Notes: generated by a model from the letters alone, not told the origin. DNA of 64,000 bases from Escherichia coli (GCF_003334305.1 NZ_QOWS01000018.1); one strand, 5' to 3'. Positions 1 to 12,202 are shown, counted from the stretch's first letter. A program made the numbers and translations.

Positions 1-280
1 AGAACCCTACCAGCTGCCACATTGCGTCCAGGCCCAGGCATCCCGGCATAACCGGATCGCCAATAAAGTGGCATCCGAAGAACCACAGATCCGGATTGAT
101 ATCCAGTTCTGCTTCAACATACCCTTTGTCGAAGTTACCACCCGTTTCGGTCATTTTGACCACACGGTCCATCATCAGCATGTTCGGTGCTGGCAATTGC
201 GGGCCTTTAGCGCCAAACAGTTCACCGCGACCAGAGGCAAGAAGGTCTTCTTTTGTATAGGATTCGCGTTTATCTACCAT
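1..280 (-). CDS. fabA: 3-hydroxydecanoyl-ACP dehydratase/isomerase FabA, N-terminal part only (3' end outside window)
   Basis: Complement from ATG at 280-278 translates [41 protein letters not shown]..., recognised as E. coli FabA. Truncated by the window edge, so absent from the ORF track. Confidence 0.9.
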
Positions 281-348
281 GTTCTCTGTAAGCCTTATTT
301 TATTGAAGCACGCAGGATAGCTAACACGTGTACGCTGAACAAGTCCGA

Positions 349-2109
349 TCAGTTCGGAATAAACCAGTTCAGCCAACGTAATGGCCATGGAAAACGGTGA
401 CGTCCTTCCTGTTGCGATGCTTGCGCGATACGTTCCTGGATGGTTTGCATCAGCGTCGTTTGGCCTTCGCCATCCCACACCAGATTTAATAATAACGGCA
501 GTGCGTCAGTCACATCGTCTACTGCCCAGATGGTGAATTTGCCTTCTTCTACCGCTTTCACCAGTTCACTGTGAAGACTTAAATGGCGAACGTTAGCTGT
601 GGGGATAATGACACCTTGTTTCCCGGTTAACTCACGTTGCTGGCAAATAGCAAAGAAGCCTTCGATTTTCTCATTTAAACCACCGACCGGCTGGGCGCGA
701 CCGAACTGATCGACTGAACCTGTGATAGCGATACTCTGATTCACCGGCACATCGGCGAGGGCGCTTATCAGGGCGCAGAGTTCAGCCATCGAGGCACTAT
801 CTCCATCAACTTCACTGTATGACTGCTCAAATGTCAGCGATGCTGAGAAGGGGATCTGTTGCTCAAGCTGTAGTTCCGACATCAGGAACGCTTGCATGAT
901 CATCATCCCTTTCGCATGGATATTGCCGCCAAGCTCCGCTTTGCGTTCGATGTCGGTGAATTCACCATCGCCAATATGCACAACGCAGCTAATGCGAGAA
1001 GGTTCGCCAAAAGCGCGTGGATGACCCGGAAATTCAATGACCGAAAGGGCGTTAATTTGCCCGATGCGTTCGCCTTCGGTTTCAATCAGGATTTGCTCCT
1101 GAAGGATCTCATCCTGCATACGTTCAGCGAGGAAACCTTCGCGCCATTCACGCTGCTGCAGCATTAAGTTTAGCTGCTCGCCGGAGAAGGTGTCGCCATC
1201 ACACAGGGAGGCGACCTCTTTACACTGGCGGAGGATCCACTGCGGGCTAAGCGGAAGTGTTTCTTGTTCACCGGTGTAGCGTGCTGCTTCGCGGATAAGT
1301 ACCGGCCAGGCATCCGCTCCCGGTGCAGGTAAGTGATTATGTCTGGCGGTAAATGTCACCCAGCGACACCACTGGGTTACTGACTCTGCATCGACAATCT
1401 GCAGAGTATCTTCAAATTCGCTATAAATAGCCTGCTCTGAAAGCTCTGGCTCCATCTCCTGGAAATCAGCCAATGATTCGCGTTCGCCTACCAGAATGAC
1501 TTTCAGCTTCAATGGCATCGAAGGCACAGAGACGGGGAGAGGGCGCGACTCATCAAACGCAACCCAGTCAAAACGCTCGCGGTTAACGATATTTTTCAGC
1601 CGCATCCACAGCAGAGGTTGCGCCAGCAGTGTACGCAAAGAGATGATGAGAATACCGCCATTTGCCTGATGCACCAGACCAGGCTGCAGGGTAATGTCGC
1701 CATTAAACTGGCGCAGGCAGCCAAAGAGTTGCTCCGCTTCTACCCAGTCGGCAGCGACAACTTGCGTTAAAGTCGCAAAATTATCATCTGCACTCACTGC
1801 GTGACGTAAGCGGATGGAGTGGCCGGAAACCTCATAGTGACCGCCCACCAGTTGGCCTGCATCGCTTTGTAGCGTACGCGCGGCATTGGCAATAAGATTC
1901 AGATACTCAGACTCTTCCGGGGCCTTCGCCAGCATAAAAGAGGAGGATGCTCGCGTATGCAGCAACTGCTCCAGTGCGAATTGCAGTCGCGGTTGAGTAT
2001 CACTGAATAAAGGATCGTTTTCGTCAATCAAATGTGGCTGAGCAAATATTTCCTGATAGCTATCGGTATCCGGAACCAGGTCACGCCATGCAAGTTTCGT
2101 AATGGTCAA
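349..2109 (-). CDS. ycbZ: Lon-like protease family protein YcbZ (LonH)
   Basis: 586-aa ORF. C-terminal Lon S16-type region with a DGDSAS serine motif. Matches recalled K-12 YcbZ and lies between fabA and matP as in K-12. Confidence 0.9.
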
Positions 2110-2294
2110 AGTTGATGTTTTTTAGTCTGTTGTCAAAGCCGCGATTATACCGTAACCGGCACTACAGCACACGTAGAAAGCACCGACAATACTCCTGGCA
2201 TGGGCGTTAAAGCTCACAGGATGGAGATTCTTTTCTTCACTGGCCTAAAAAGCTGATATTCTGTAAAGAGTTACACGGTAACATTGAGATCGCT

Positions 2295-2747
2295 ATGAAA
2301 TATCAACAACTTGAAAATCTTGAAAGCGGTTGGAAATGGAAGTATCTGGTGAAGAAGCATCGCGAAGGGGAGTTAATCACCCGTTACATAGAAGCCAGTG
2401 CCGCCCAGGAAGCCGTCGATGTGTTGCTCTCGCTCGAAAATGAACCCGTGCTGGTAAATGGCTGGATTGACAAGCATATGAATCCGGAACTGGTCAATCG
2501 CATGAAGCAAACCATTCGGGCAAGACGAAAGCGCCATTTTAATGCGGAACACCAGCATACGCGCAAAAAATCGATCGATCTGGAATTTATTGTCTGGCAA
2601 CGTCTGGCTGGTCTTGCGCAGCGTCGCGGTAAAACGCTTTCTGAAACGATTGTTCAGCTGATTGAAGATGCGGAAAACAAAGAGAAATACGCGAATAAAA
2701 TGTCTTCTCTGAAGCAGGATCTGCAGGCATTGCTGGGTAAGGAATAA
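2295..2747 (+). CDS. matP: Ter macrodomain organiser MatP
   Basis: 150-aa [29 protein letters not shown]..., recognised as MatP (YcbG). Confidence 0.95.
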
Positions 2748-2778
2748 CTGACGAAAGTCAGTTCAATTTACTAAAGGC

Positions 2779-2807
2779 AAAAAAAACCCCGCAGCAGCGG
2801 GGTTTTT
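2779..2807. terminator. Bidirectional rho-independent terminator between matP and ompA
   Basis: A8 run, stem CCCCGC (2787-2792), loop AGCA, stem GCGGGG (2797-2802), T5 run. Located between convergent genes. Confidence 0.85.
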
Positions 2808-2822
2808 CTACCAGACGAGAAC

Positions 2823-3863
2823 TTAAGCTTGCGGCTGAGTTACAACGTCTTTGATACCTTTAACTTCGATCTCTACGCGACGATCCGGAGCCAGGCAGTC
2901 GATCAGTGCAGCACGCTGTTTCACGTTGTCACAGGTGTTGCCAGTAACCGGGTTGGATTCGCCCATACCACGTGCGGAGATCTTGTCTGCCGGGATACCT
3001 TTGGAGATCAGGTAATCAACAACAGACTGAGCACGGCGCTCGGACAGACCCTGGTTGTAAGCGTCAGAACCGATGCGGTCGGTGTAACCCAGAACAACTA
3101 CGGAACCGTCTTTCGGATCCAGGTTGCTCAGCTGGCTGTACAGCTGATCCAGAGCAGCCTGACCTTCCGGTTTCAGGGTTGCTTTGTTGAAGTTGAACAG
3201 AACGTCAGACTTCAGAGTGAAGTGCTTGGTCTGTACTTCCGGTGCCGGAGCTGGAGCCGGAGCAACTACTGGAGCTGCTTCGCCCTGACCGAAACGGTAG
3301 GAAACACCCAGGCTCAGCATGCCGTTGTCCGGACGAGTGCCGATGGTGTGTGCGTCACCGATGTTGTTGGTCCACTGGTATTCCAGACGGGTAGCGATTT
3401 CAGGAGTGATCGCGTACTCAACACCGCCAGCGAAGACCGGAGAAACGCCGGTGTCGTGGTTTTTACCATAAACGTTGGATTTAGTGTCTGCACGCCATAC
3501 CATACCACCCAGACGAGTGTAGATGTCCAGGTCGTCAGTGATTGGGTAACCCAGTTTAGCGGTCAGTTGAACGCCCTGAGCTTTGTATGCACCGTTTTCA
3601 ACGCTGCCTTTGTACGGCATACGACCTAACCAGTCGTAACCCATTTCAAAGCCAACATACGGGTTAACCTGGTAACCACCAAAAGCACCAGCGCCCAGTT
3701 GGTTTTCATGGGTCGGGCCATTGTTGTTGATGAAACCAGTGTCATGGTACTGGGACCAGCCCAGTTTAGCACCAGTGTACCAGGTGTTATCTTTCGGAGC
3801 GGCCTGCGCTACGGTAGCGAAACCAGCCAGTGCCACTGCAATCGCGATAGCTGTCTTTTTCAT
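2823..3863 (-). CDS. ompA: Outer membrane protein A
   Basis: ORF-track frame 2823..3935 trimmed to the internal Met. This gives signal peptide [21 protein letters not shown] and a 346-aa OmpA with an APAPAPAP hinge and a C-terminal OmpA-like domain. Confidence 0.97.
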
Positions 3864-4219
3864 TTTTTGCGCCTCGTTATCATCCAAAATACGCCATGAA
3901 TATCTCCAACGAGATAACACGGTTAAATCCTTCACCGGGGGATCTGCTCAATATTAACTCTACCGATATCTTCGGCTTATGCCGAGCACCCCTAGCGATG
4001 TAAAGTCTACAACGTAGTTGAAAACTTACAAGTGTGAACTCCGTCAGGCATATGAAAAAAAAGTCTTGTATAAGGTATGTTTAATCTTTTTTGTCAGCGA
4101 CAATTTACAGAAGAAAATCGCGGAAACCGCTTCAGACAAGCCTCCGCAAGGAAAATTAGTCACGACTGAAAGCATTGGCTGGGCGACAAAAAAAGTTCCA
4201 GGATTAATCCTAAATTTAC

Positions 4220-4729
4220 TTAATGATACAAATTAGAGTGAATTTTTAGCCCGGAAAGTTGTCTCGTGGCGTGAGAGGATGCGCTTACCGGACGCATAAT
4301 AAACCCCATAGCGTTACCTTCATTTGCCGCATCAACAAGTTCAGCATGCTCTTCTTCAGTCAAATCATCTGCCAACCAACCGATCACCACACTGTAATTG
4401 CCCGTGCGTAAAGCGCGAACCATTGACTCCACAGTGTGGCAAGGGGAGAGCTGGCTAATCTGCATTACTTTCGTTAAGGGTAGCCCAGATGCCTGAACCC
4501 ATTCCCGACTCAGTTTTTGTTGCGGTGTTAACCAGAGTTGCCAGCGCGATTGCTGACCGAGTTGCTGTAACAATGGCAACAGTAGAAGTTGCGTCATCAT
4601 GGGCTGATCTTCGCGATAGACAACTTCACTGATAAGCCCGGCTGTAGTGTTTTCCGTAGAGACACGCGCAATTTTACTTGCTGCGGATGAGAACGACGAA
4701 GAACGATGTGCATAGCCTGAAGTGTACAT
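4220..4729 (-). CDS. sulA: SOS cell-division inhibitor SulA
   Basis: 169-aa protein [31 protein letters not shown]..., starting at the ATG two codons inside the track ORF. A LexA box lies just upstream. Confidence 0.95.
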
Positions 4730-4751
4730 AATCAATCCAGCCCCTGTGAGT

Positions 4752-4771
4752 TACTGTATGGATGTACAGTA
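4752..4771. promoter_or_regulatory. LexA (SOS) box of sulA
   Basis: TACTGTATGGATGTACAGTA fits CTG-N10-CAG / TACTG(TA)5CAGTA, 23 bp upstream of the sulA start. Confidence 0.9.
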
Positions 4772-4947
4772 CATCCAGTGACAACAAAGATCAACCCTAT
4801 TTTCGGAAAGAGCCTCGCAAATTTTGTCGTTGGTGACGGGAAAACATAAATTAATCTTGCCCCTTAAGAATAAGTTGCCTATTTTCGTAGTTAACGGATC
4901 CGTTAATGTGAATCATTCTTTTATGTTATTATTTTAAAAGGAATTTT

Positions 4948-5577
4948 ATGAAAAGCCTCTCCTATAAGCGGATCTATAAATCACAAGAATACCTGGCAAC
5001 GTTGGGCACAATTGAATACCGATCATTGTTTGGCAGTTACAGCCTGACCGTTGACGACACGGTGTTTGCGATGGTTTCTGATGGTGAGTTGTATCTTCGG
5101 GCTTGTGAGCAAAGTGCACAGTACTGTGTAAAACATCCGCCTGTCTGGCTGACATATAAAAAGTGTGGCCGATCCGTTACCCTCAATTACTATCGGGTTG
5201 ATGAAAGTCTATGGCGAAATCAACTGAAGCTGGTGCGTCTGTCGAAATATTCTCTCGATGCAGCGCTGAAAGAGAAAAGCACGCGCAATACCCGGGAAAG
5301 ACTGAAAGATTTGCCCAATATGTCTTTTCATCTGGAAGCGATTCTCGGGGAGGTGGGGATTAAGGATGTACGGGCGTTACGTATACTTGGGGCAAAAATG
5401 TGTTGGTTGCGACTGCGGCAGCAAAACAGTCTGGTGACAGAAAAGATTCTGTTTATGCTTGAAGGTGCCATTATCGGCATTCATGAAGCTGCGCTCCCGG
5501 TGGCACGCCGCCAGGAGCTTGCAGAATGGGCTGACTCTCTTACGCCGAAACAGGAGTTTCCTGCGGAACTTGAGTAA
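4948..5577 (+). CDS. sxy: Competence regulator Sxy (TfoX)
   Basis: 209-aa ORF MKSLSYKRIYKSQEYLATLGTIEYRSLFGSY..., recognised as Sxy/TfoX. Confidence 0.93.
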   Translation: MKSLSYKRIYKSQEYLATLGTIEYRSLFGSYSLTVDDTVFAMVSDGELYLRACEQSAQYCVKHPPVWLTYKKCGRSVTLNYYRVDESLWRNQLKLVRLSKYSLDAALKEKSTRNTRERLKDLPNMSFHLEAILGEVGIKDVRALRILGAKMCWLRLRQQNSLVTEKILFMLEGAIIGIHEAALPVARRQELAEWADSLTPKQEFPAELE

Positions 5578-7693
5578 TCTGGCGTTGCAGACGACCAATC
5601 TCAGGCAGTAATGCAATCAATAATCCAACTTGTTGTACGACCAGAGGTTCTTTGCTGTCTGCCCGTGGTTCAAGTTGCTGCATCCGCTGTTTCAGGCTAG
5701 CTAATGCCTCATTGACGCGTTCTTCATCAGCAGGTTGATGATGTAACGCGTCATCAACATAGCAAACTGCGTCATCAAGAAACGCCAGAATTTCAGGATT
5801 AGTTAACTGCTCCCGGTGAGCACCGAGGGCTGAGATATAGCTGGTAAACGTATGGTTAAGGCACAGCAACCGAAACGCGGCTTCGCGAATTTGCGGGGTA
5901 ACGTTCGGTTCGCTGGACATATTTGATACCACCGACGCCAGTTCAGCATCACGGTTGTGTGCATCGCGGCGGGCAATACGATACGCCAGACGGTTATCAC
6001 GCCCCTGATGGTATTGCTCCAGTATGGCATCGAGATACCGGCAGTTGGCCTCTGTGGCGCGTTCGAGCATTCGCGGCAGATTGCGAAACTGCCAGTCAGG
6101 CCAGATGTAGCTCACTGCCGCCCACGCAATGGCACAACCAATCAGCGTATCGATTACGCGAGGTAACGCTACTTCAAAACCTTCACCCAGCAAGTTAAAA
6201 CACAGTAGCACCAAAAGTGTGATGAACATCGTTGCATGGGCATATTGCACGTTACGGAAGGCAAAAAAGAGCACGCCGGTAATAACCAGTAGCACCAGCT
6301 GCCCTTCCAGTGACGGTACAAACCACAGCACAGGAATGCCAATGGCGATACCGACCAGCGTACCAATAATCCTTAACTTCAGGCGGTGGCGCGTGGCGTT
6401 ATAGTTTGGCTGGCAGACAAACAAACTTGTCAGCAAGATCCAATACCCGTGATGCATTCCGGTTATCTGAATGATGGCGTAGCCGAAGCACAACACCAGC
6501 GACATTCTTACCGCATGACGGAAGAGGGCGGATTCCGGCGTGAAGTGACGGCTAAGACGCAGCCAGATATCACTCAATCCGTGCGGGCTATCATCAGCGA
6601 GCTCATTTTCGTCATTATTATGGGGCAGTGCCTGGGCCTGTTCTGATTCAATTGTTGCCAGTTGGGCATCAATGGCGCGTAAATTGTTCAGCAAAAATCC
6701 CAGTGTTTTAAGTAAATCGGCAGGCGCGCCGTTATCGCGCATCCGCTCCAGCGCAGCATCAATATGCGTAAAAGCGCGCTCAAAATGCGGATCATGTTGA
6801 TAAGGCTGACGCAGCAAAATACAGCGTGACAGTTGCTGGCACGCCTGGCCCTGCATCGACATCAGCCGCTGAAAACGGAACAGCACGTCGCTGTGGCGAA
6901 AATGTTCACGCAATGTTTGATACTGAATATGAGAAGAGCTGGCACGCTCGTGAATATCCTGTGCGACAAAGTAATAATGCAGCGTGCGACGCGTTCCCCG
7001 TTGACCACGATCGCCACGTAAGCGGGTCAGCAGCGAGAGTTTCGTCTGATTCAATGTCGCCATCAGCTGACCGTTGGCGAGAGCCAAATCGTACAGCGGT
7101 GCCTGGCTTTCATCTTCAATATCAGGATCAAACATGCGCGACTTGAGCTCAAGATAACGCGCCAGTTGTTCATAGCAACGCGCCAGGTTGTCCTGCAGCG
7201 GGCGGACCGGGAACAGCAGATGACCAATAAGTGTCAGGACGTTGTACCAGACGGCACCGGCCAGCAGATACATCGGCTGCTGATACCAGTGCTCATACAG
7301 TGATGTTCCCAACATAGTGTAAATGGCGATCAGCAATGCACCGAAGGCAATTGTTGCATAGCGTTGACCCAGACCGCCGAGCAAAATGAAGCCGCTGGTA
7401 GAGAGCGTTAAGCCAATCGCAAATAGCCAGGGCCAGGGAAACAGCAATTCTACTGAGGCCGAGGCGATAAAAAAGCAGAACAGCGTAATGATGAGGTTAC
7501 GCAAACGTCCCGCCAGTCGGTCATCGAGATCGGTCAGCGCCGCTGCCACCATCCCCAGCGTTAGCGGAATCGTCAGTTTTACATCACCCAGCCACCACGG
7601 AAACGCTGTGGTTCCACAAAGCGCAATAAAAATACGCGCGTAATACAGCCAGGCGCTGTTCCAGGTATAGCGTTTGAGCAAAGGACTTAGCAT
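5540..7693 (-). CDS. yccS: Inner membrane protein YccS (FUSC-like)
   Basis: Track ORF is 720 aa. The recalled K-12 protein is 717 aa starting MLSPLLKRYTW, so the start is set at the fourth codon. Multiple hydrophobic segments. Confidence 0.88.
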   Translation of the reverse strand: MLSPLLKRYTWNSAWLYYARIFIALCGTTAFPWWLGDVKLTIPLTLGMVAAALTDLDDRLAGRLRNLIITLFCFFIASASVELLFPWPWLFAIGLTLSTSGFILLGGLGQRYATIAFGALLIAIYTMLGTSLYEHWYQQPMYLLAGAVWYNVLTLIGHLLFPVRPLQDNLARCYEQLARYLELKSRMFDPDIEDESQAPLYDLALANGQLMATLNQTKLSLLTRLRGDRGQRGTRRTLHYYFVAQDIHERASSSHIQYQTLREHFRHSDVLFRFQRLMSMQGQACQQLSRCILLRQPYQHDPHFERAFTHIDAALERMRDNGAPADLLKTLGFLLNNLRAIDAQLATIESEQAQALPHNNDENELADDSPHGLSDIWLRLSRHFTPESALFRHAVRMSLVLCFGYAIIQITGMHHGYWILLTSLFVCQPNYNATRHRLKLRIIGTLVGIAIGIPVLWFVPSLEGQLVLLVITGVLFFAFRNVQYAHATMFITLLVLLCFNLLGEGFEVALPRVIDTLIGCAIAWAAVSYIWPDWQFRNLPRMLERATEANCRYLDAILEQYHQGRDNRLAYRIARRDAHNRDAELASVVSNMSSEPNVTPQIREAAFRLLCLNHTFTSYISALGAHREQLTNPEILAFLDDAVCYVDDALHHQPADEERVNEALASLKQRMQQLEPRADSKEPLVVQQVGLLIALLPEIGRLQRQITQVPQETPVSA

Positions 7694-7711
7694 AAAGGCC
7701 ATATTAGTGGA

Positions 7712-8158
7712 TTATTCAAAACGACGACGTGCATTGGCTTCACGCGCAGCTTGCGCCGTTTCTACCGATACCACGCGACGACCAACCGGCCATAGTGCAA
7801 TAGCGGCAATTTTAAAGTTCGCAATGCCGACAGGAATGCCAATGATTGAAATACATTGTGCGATGCCCGTTGCAATGTGCATCAGGCATAACCACCAGCC
7901 AAAGAAAATCAGCCAGAAAATATTCAATACCGTACCGCCAGTATTCAGCAGCACATTTTTGCCAGCCGGGTTCAGTTCATCGACATGAATAGCTTCATTG
8001 CCATAAGGCACCAGAGACAGTTTAGTGATCTCCCAGCAGGATCGTGTCAGCGGTAAGGTAAAAATCAGCATAATACTGACCAGAGTCGCCAACAGCCAGC
8101 CCAGAGTGGTGGCAAATCCGCCAAGCACAAAGTTCAGAATGTTCAAAACGGTACGCAT
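7712..8158 (-). CDS. yccF: Inner membrane protein YccF
   Basis: 148-aa hydrophobic ORF MRTVLNILNFVLGGFATTLGW..., recognised as YccF. Confidence 0.92.
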   Translation of the reverse strand: MRTVLNILNFVLGGFATTLGWLLATLVSIMLIFTLPLTRSCWEITKLSLVPYGNEAIHVDELNPAGKNVLLNTGGTVLNIFWLIFFGWWLCLMHIATGIAQCISIIGIPVGIANFKIAAIALWPVGRRVVSVETAQAAREANARRRFE

Positions 8159-8280
8159 AAAACCTCGCTTTACTGTGGTTTTCAGTAATGGGCGGCAATT
8201 GTAACGTTTTTTTGGGCTGGAGCACGTTTTCTCTGACGGTTACACTGATAAGAAATAATTTCGTGTGGATCTACAGAGTC

Positions 8281-10335
8281 ATGGAACTGAAAGCGACAAC
8301 GCTTGGAAAACGTCTGGCACAGCACCCTTACGATCGGGCGGTGATCCTCAATGCCGGGATTAAAGTCTCCGGCGATCGCCACGAATACCTTATTCCTTTC
8401 AATCAATTACTGGCGATTCACTGTAAGCGCGGTCTGGTATGGGGCGAGCTGGAATTTGTACTGCCGGACGAAAAAGTGGTGCGTCTGCACGGCACCGAAT
8501 GGGGCGAGACGCAGCGTTTTTACCATCATCTTGATGCTCACTGGCGGCGGTGGAGTGGCGAGATGAGCGAAATTGCGTCTGGTGTTTTACGCCAGCAACT
8601 GGATTTGATTGCCACGCGCACTGGAGAAAATAAATGGCTGACGCGTGAGCAAACCTCTGGCGTGCAGCAACAAATCCGCCAGGCTTTGTCGGCGTTGCCG
8701 TTGCCGGTTAACCGACTGGAAGAATTCGATAACTGCCGTGAGGCGTGGCGTAAATGTCAGGCCTGGTTGAAAGATATTGAAAGCGCTCGGTTGCAGCATA
8801 ACCAGGCGTATACCGAAGCCATGCTTACCGAGTATGCGGATTTTTTCCGCCAGGTCGAGTCTTCACCGCTGAATCCGGCGCAGGCCCGGGCAGTCGTTAA
8901 TGGCGAGCATTCTCTGTTAGTGCTGGCAGGTGCAGGAAGCGGAAAAACGTCGGTGCTGGTGGCCCGTGCAGGCTGGTTGCTGGCGCGTGGTGAAGCGTCC
9001 CCTGAGCAAATTTTATTGCTGGCGTTTGGTCGCAAAGCCGCTGAAGAGATGGACGAGCGGATTCGCGAACGGCTACATACCGAAGACATTACCGCACGCA
9101 CGTTTCATGCGCTGGCGCTGCATATTATTCAGCAGGGCAGCAAAAAAGTTCCGATAGTCAGCAAACTGGAAAATGATACCGCTGCCCGTCATGAACTCTT
9201 TATTGCTGAGTGGCGCAAGCAATGCAGCGAAAAGAAAGCGCAGGCGAAGGGCTGGCGGCAATGGCTGACGGAAGAAATGCAGTGGTCAGTGCCAGAAGGT
9301 AACTTCTGGGATGATGAAAAATTACAGCGTCGCCTTGCCTCTCGCCTCGATCGCTGGGTAAGTCTGATGCGGATGCACGGTGGTGCACAGGCAGAAATGA
9401 TTGCCAGTGCACCCGAAGAGATTCGCGATCTGTTCAGTAAACGTATCAAGTTGATGGCCCCGTTATTAAAAGCCTGGAAAGGTGCGCTGAAGGCAGAAAA
9501 CGCTGTCGATTTTTCGGGCCTTATTCATCAGGCGATTGTGATTCTGGAGAAAGGTCGCTTTATCAGCCCGTGGAAGCATATTCTGGTTGATGAATTTCAG
9601 GATATCTCGCCGCAGCGCGCAGCGTTGTTAGCGGCATTACGCAAGCAAAACAGTCAGACGACGTTGTTCGCCGTTGGTGATGACTGGCAGGCGATTTACC
9701 GATTCAGCGGTGCGCAAATGTCGCTCACCACCGCTTTCCATGAAAACTTTGGTGAAGGCGATCGCTGTGATTTAGACACGACTTACCGTTTTAACAGTCG
9801 TATCGGTGAGGTGGCAAACCGGTTTATTCAGCAGAACCCAGGCCAGCTGAAAAAGCCGCTAAACAGCTTAACCAATGGAGACAAAAAAGCCGTCACGTTA
9901 TTGGATGAGAGTCAACTTGACGCTTTGCTGGATAAGCTCTCTGGTTATGCCAAACCGGAAGAGCGCATTCTGATCCTGGCGCGTTACCATCACATGAGGC
10001 CTGCCAGCCTGGAAAAAGCGGCAACACGCTGGCCGAAGTTGCAAATCGACTTTATGACCATTCATGCCAGCAAAGGGCAACAGGCGGATTACGTCATCAT
10101 CGTTGGCTTGCAGGAGGGAAGTGATGGTTTTCCGGCTGCGGCGCGGGAGTCGATTATGGAAGAGGCGCTACTGCCACCGGTTGAGGATTTCCCGGACGCT
10201 GAAGAACGGCGGTTAATGTACGTGGCGCTGACCCGGGCACGCCATCGGGTATGGGCACTGTTTAACAAAGAGAATCCCTCTCCCTTTGTGGAAATACTGA
10301 AAAATCTGGATGTGCCGGTGGCGAGAAAACCGTAA
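8281..10335 (+). CDS. helD: DNA helicase IV
   Basis: Track ORF trimmed to MELKATTLGKRLAQHPYD (684 aa). Walker A GAGSGKTS and UvrD-type motifs (VDEFQD, TIHASKG). Confidence 0.95.
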   Translation: MELKATTLGKRLAQHPYDRAVILNAGIKVSGDRHEYLIPFNQLLAIHCKRGLVWGELEFVLPDEKVVRLHGTEWGETQRFYHHLDAHWRRWSGEMSEIASGVLRQQLDLIATRTGENKWLTREQTSGVQQQIRQALSALPLPVNRLEEFDNCREAWRKCQAWLKDIESARLQHNQAYTEAMLTEYADFFRQVESSPLNPAQARAVVNGEHSLLVLAGAGSGKTSVLVARAGWLLARGEASPEQILLLAFGRKAAEEMDERIRERLHTEDITARTFHALALHIIQQGSKKVPIVSKLENDTAARHELFIAEWRKQCSEKKAQAKGWRQWLTEEMQWSVPEGNFWDDEKLQRRLASRLDRWVSLMRMHGGAQAEMIASAPEEIRDLFSKRIKLMAPLLKAWKGALKAENAVDFSGLIHQAIVILEKGRFISPWKHILVDEFQDISPQRAALLAALRKQNSQTTLFAVGDDWQAIYRFSGAQMSLTTAFHENFGEGDRCDLDTTYRFNSRIGEVANRFIQQNPGQLKKPLNSLTNGDKKAVTLLDESQLDALLDKLSGYAKPEERILILARYHHMRPASLEKAATRWPKLQIDFMTIHASKGQQADYVIIVGLQEGSDGFPAAARESIMEEALLPPVEDFPDAEERRLMYVALTRARHRVWALFNKENPSPFVEILKNLDVPVARKP

Positions 10336-10366
10336 GAAACAGGTGGCGTTTGCCACCTGTGCAATA

Positions 10367-10825
10367 TTACTTCAGACGGTCCGCGAGATAACGCTGATAA
10401 TCGGGGATCAGAATATCGACCGCGTCGTTGAAATGCGGCGACTGGATTATGAAGTCTGCCGTTGCCACGTTGGTGGCGACCGGAATGTTCCATACCGTCG
10501 CCAGACGCAGCAAGGCTTTCACGTCAGGATCGTGCGGCACGGCATTTAGTGGATCCCAGAAGAAAATCAATACATCAATTTTCCCTTCTGAGATCAATGC
10601 GCCAACCTGCTGGTCACCCCCCATTGGGCCACTCAACATCGCGTTGACGTTCATGCCGGTCGCGCGGGAAATTAAGTTACCGGTAGTGCCTGTTGCATAC
10701 AGTACGTGTTGTTCCAGTAACGGTTGATGCCGTTCCACCCAGCTCATCAGCATTTGTTTGCAGTGATCGTGTGCCACCAGCGCAATATGTTTCCGCGCAG
10801 GTAAAGTGCGAGTCGTCAGTTCCAT
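10367..10825 (-). CDS. mgsA: Methylglyoxal synthase
   Basis: 152-aa [24 protein letters not shown]..., starting three codons inside the track ORF. Confidence 0.95.
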
Positions 10826-10920
10826 AATGTACATCCGTAGTTAACTTTCCTACAGATTACTGTAAGCACTTATCGCTGCAAGATAAAGACCGAAAAAGCC
10901 TGCGCACAGGCACAAAAATC

Positions 10921-11583
10921 TCAGGAAGATGGTTGTTTTTCCGCCCACTGCAGGAAAGTATTTCGCGTTTGTGGGTCAGCCAGTTTAAACCAATACTTCA
11001 GCCGTTGTTCTGTGAGCACCTGAGACTGCGGTGGAATAGCATCCAGCTCGGAAACACCCGAAAGCAGCGTACTGTCATCTGCCATCATCGTGGCAAATTG
11101 CGGTAGTGAAGCGCGTTTCGCGGATTTGTTATAGCGTTCAACCTCGACCTCATAATCAATCGTTTTTGCCGTTGAGGTAATGGCGAGAATATCCAGCTTT
11201 ACCGGAATCGGCGTCGCATCGCCATCCAACAATTCAAGGCGCGGCGCGGCATCAAAATGGTTAGCTTCCCGCTCATTCTCCAGGCGAGGCAGGCGAAAAT
11301 TGACCTGGTTGATGAGCTGGGTATTAAAACTGACCACCAGCGGTGGGGAGATATACAGCCGTTCTTCACTATTGGAAAGATGAATCGTCTTCTCAACGCG
11401 AAACACTAACTGATGCGGTCCATTATCCAGTTCAATGCTGTCCGCACCGCGCAGCAGAGAGCTGGAAACCTTCTTGCCGTCGAGTACCAGAAGATCGACA
11501 TCGGTTGAAAGCCGCAGCGTGGTGGCAAAAACGGATACCGGCAAACATAATGCAATCAAGGTGGTCACGATGCCGGTTTTCAT
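10921..11583 (-). CDS. yccT: Periplasmic protein YccT (DUF2057)
   Basis: 220-aa ORF with signal peptide [20 protein letters not shown]. Recognised as YccT. Confidence 0.9.
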
Positions 11584-11755
11584 AGGTAGCTCCTGTCAAA
11601 AGACCGCCCGAATAATAATGTGTCAAAATTTTTCTTTAATCATACTTACTAACATATAGACATATTTCCCGCTTTTGCTCTCATTCATTCGTATTAGCTG
11701 CATGGTTGGCATGTCGGCTTTGTCGTACACTTTGTTAAACAGTCTGGAGGAAATA

Positions 11756-12169
11756 ATGAAAGAAACCGATATTGCAGGCATTTTAACGTCCACTCACACC
11801 ATTGCGCTGGTGGGGGCAAGCGACAAACCCGATCGTCCCAGCTATCGCGTGATGAAATATCTACTCGACCAGGGGTATCACGTCATTCCGGTTTCGCCAA
11901 AAGTTGCCGGCAAAACGCTGCTGGGCCAGCAGGGGTATGGCACGCTGGCAGACGTTCCGGAAAAGGTCGATATGGTCGATGTTTTCCGTAATTCAGAAGC
12001 GGCGTGGGGCGTGGCACAGGAAGCTATTGCCATTGGCGCGAAAACCCTCTGGATGCAACTGGGGGTGATTAATGAGCAAGCGGCAGTACTGGCACGGGAT
12101 GCCGGGTTAAATGTGGTGATGGATCGCTGCCCGGCTATTGAGATCCCTCGCCTGGGCCTGGCCAAATAA
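11756..12169 (+). CDS. yccU: CoA-binding domain protein YccU
   Basis: 137-aa [30 protein letters not shown]... with GGAGG six nt upstream. The track ORF's TTG-initiated N-terminal extension is rejected. Confidence 0.92.
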   Translation: MKETDIAGILTSTHTIALVGASDKPDRPSYRVMKYLLDQGYHVIPVSPKVAGKTLLGQQGYGTLADVPEKVDMVDVFRNSEAAWGVAQEAIAIGAKTLWMQLGVINEQAAVLARDAGLNVVMDRCPAIEIPRLGLAK

Positions 12170-12172
12170 AAA

Positions 12173-12202
12173 ATCCCCGGAAGGCAAAAACCTTCCGGGG
12201 AT
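12173..12202. terminator. Bidirectional terminator between yccU and hspQ
   Basis: 12-bp stem ATCCCCGGAAGG / CCTTCCGGGGAT with loop CAAAAA, flanked by A and T runs. Confidence 0.85.

Noticed and set aside
2829-3629. 266-aa ORF on the plus strand overlapping ompA
   Set aside because: It lies entirely antisense to the well-recognised ompA coding sequence. This is a typical shadow ORF in a highly expressed, codon-biased gene, with no RBS or independent support.
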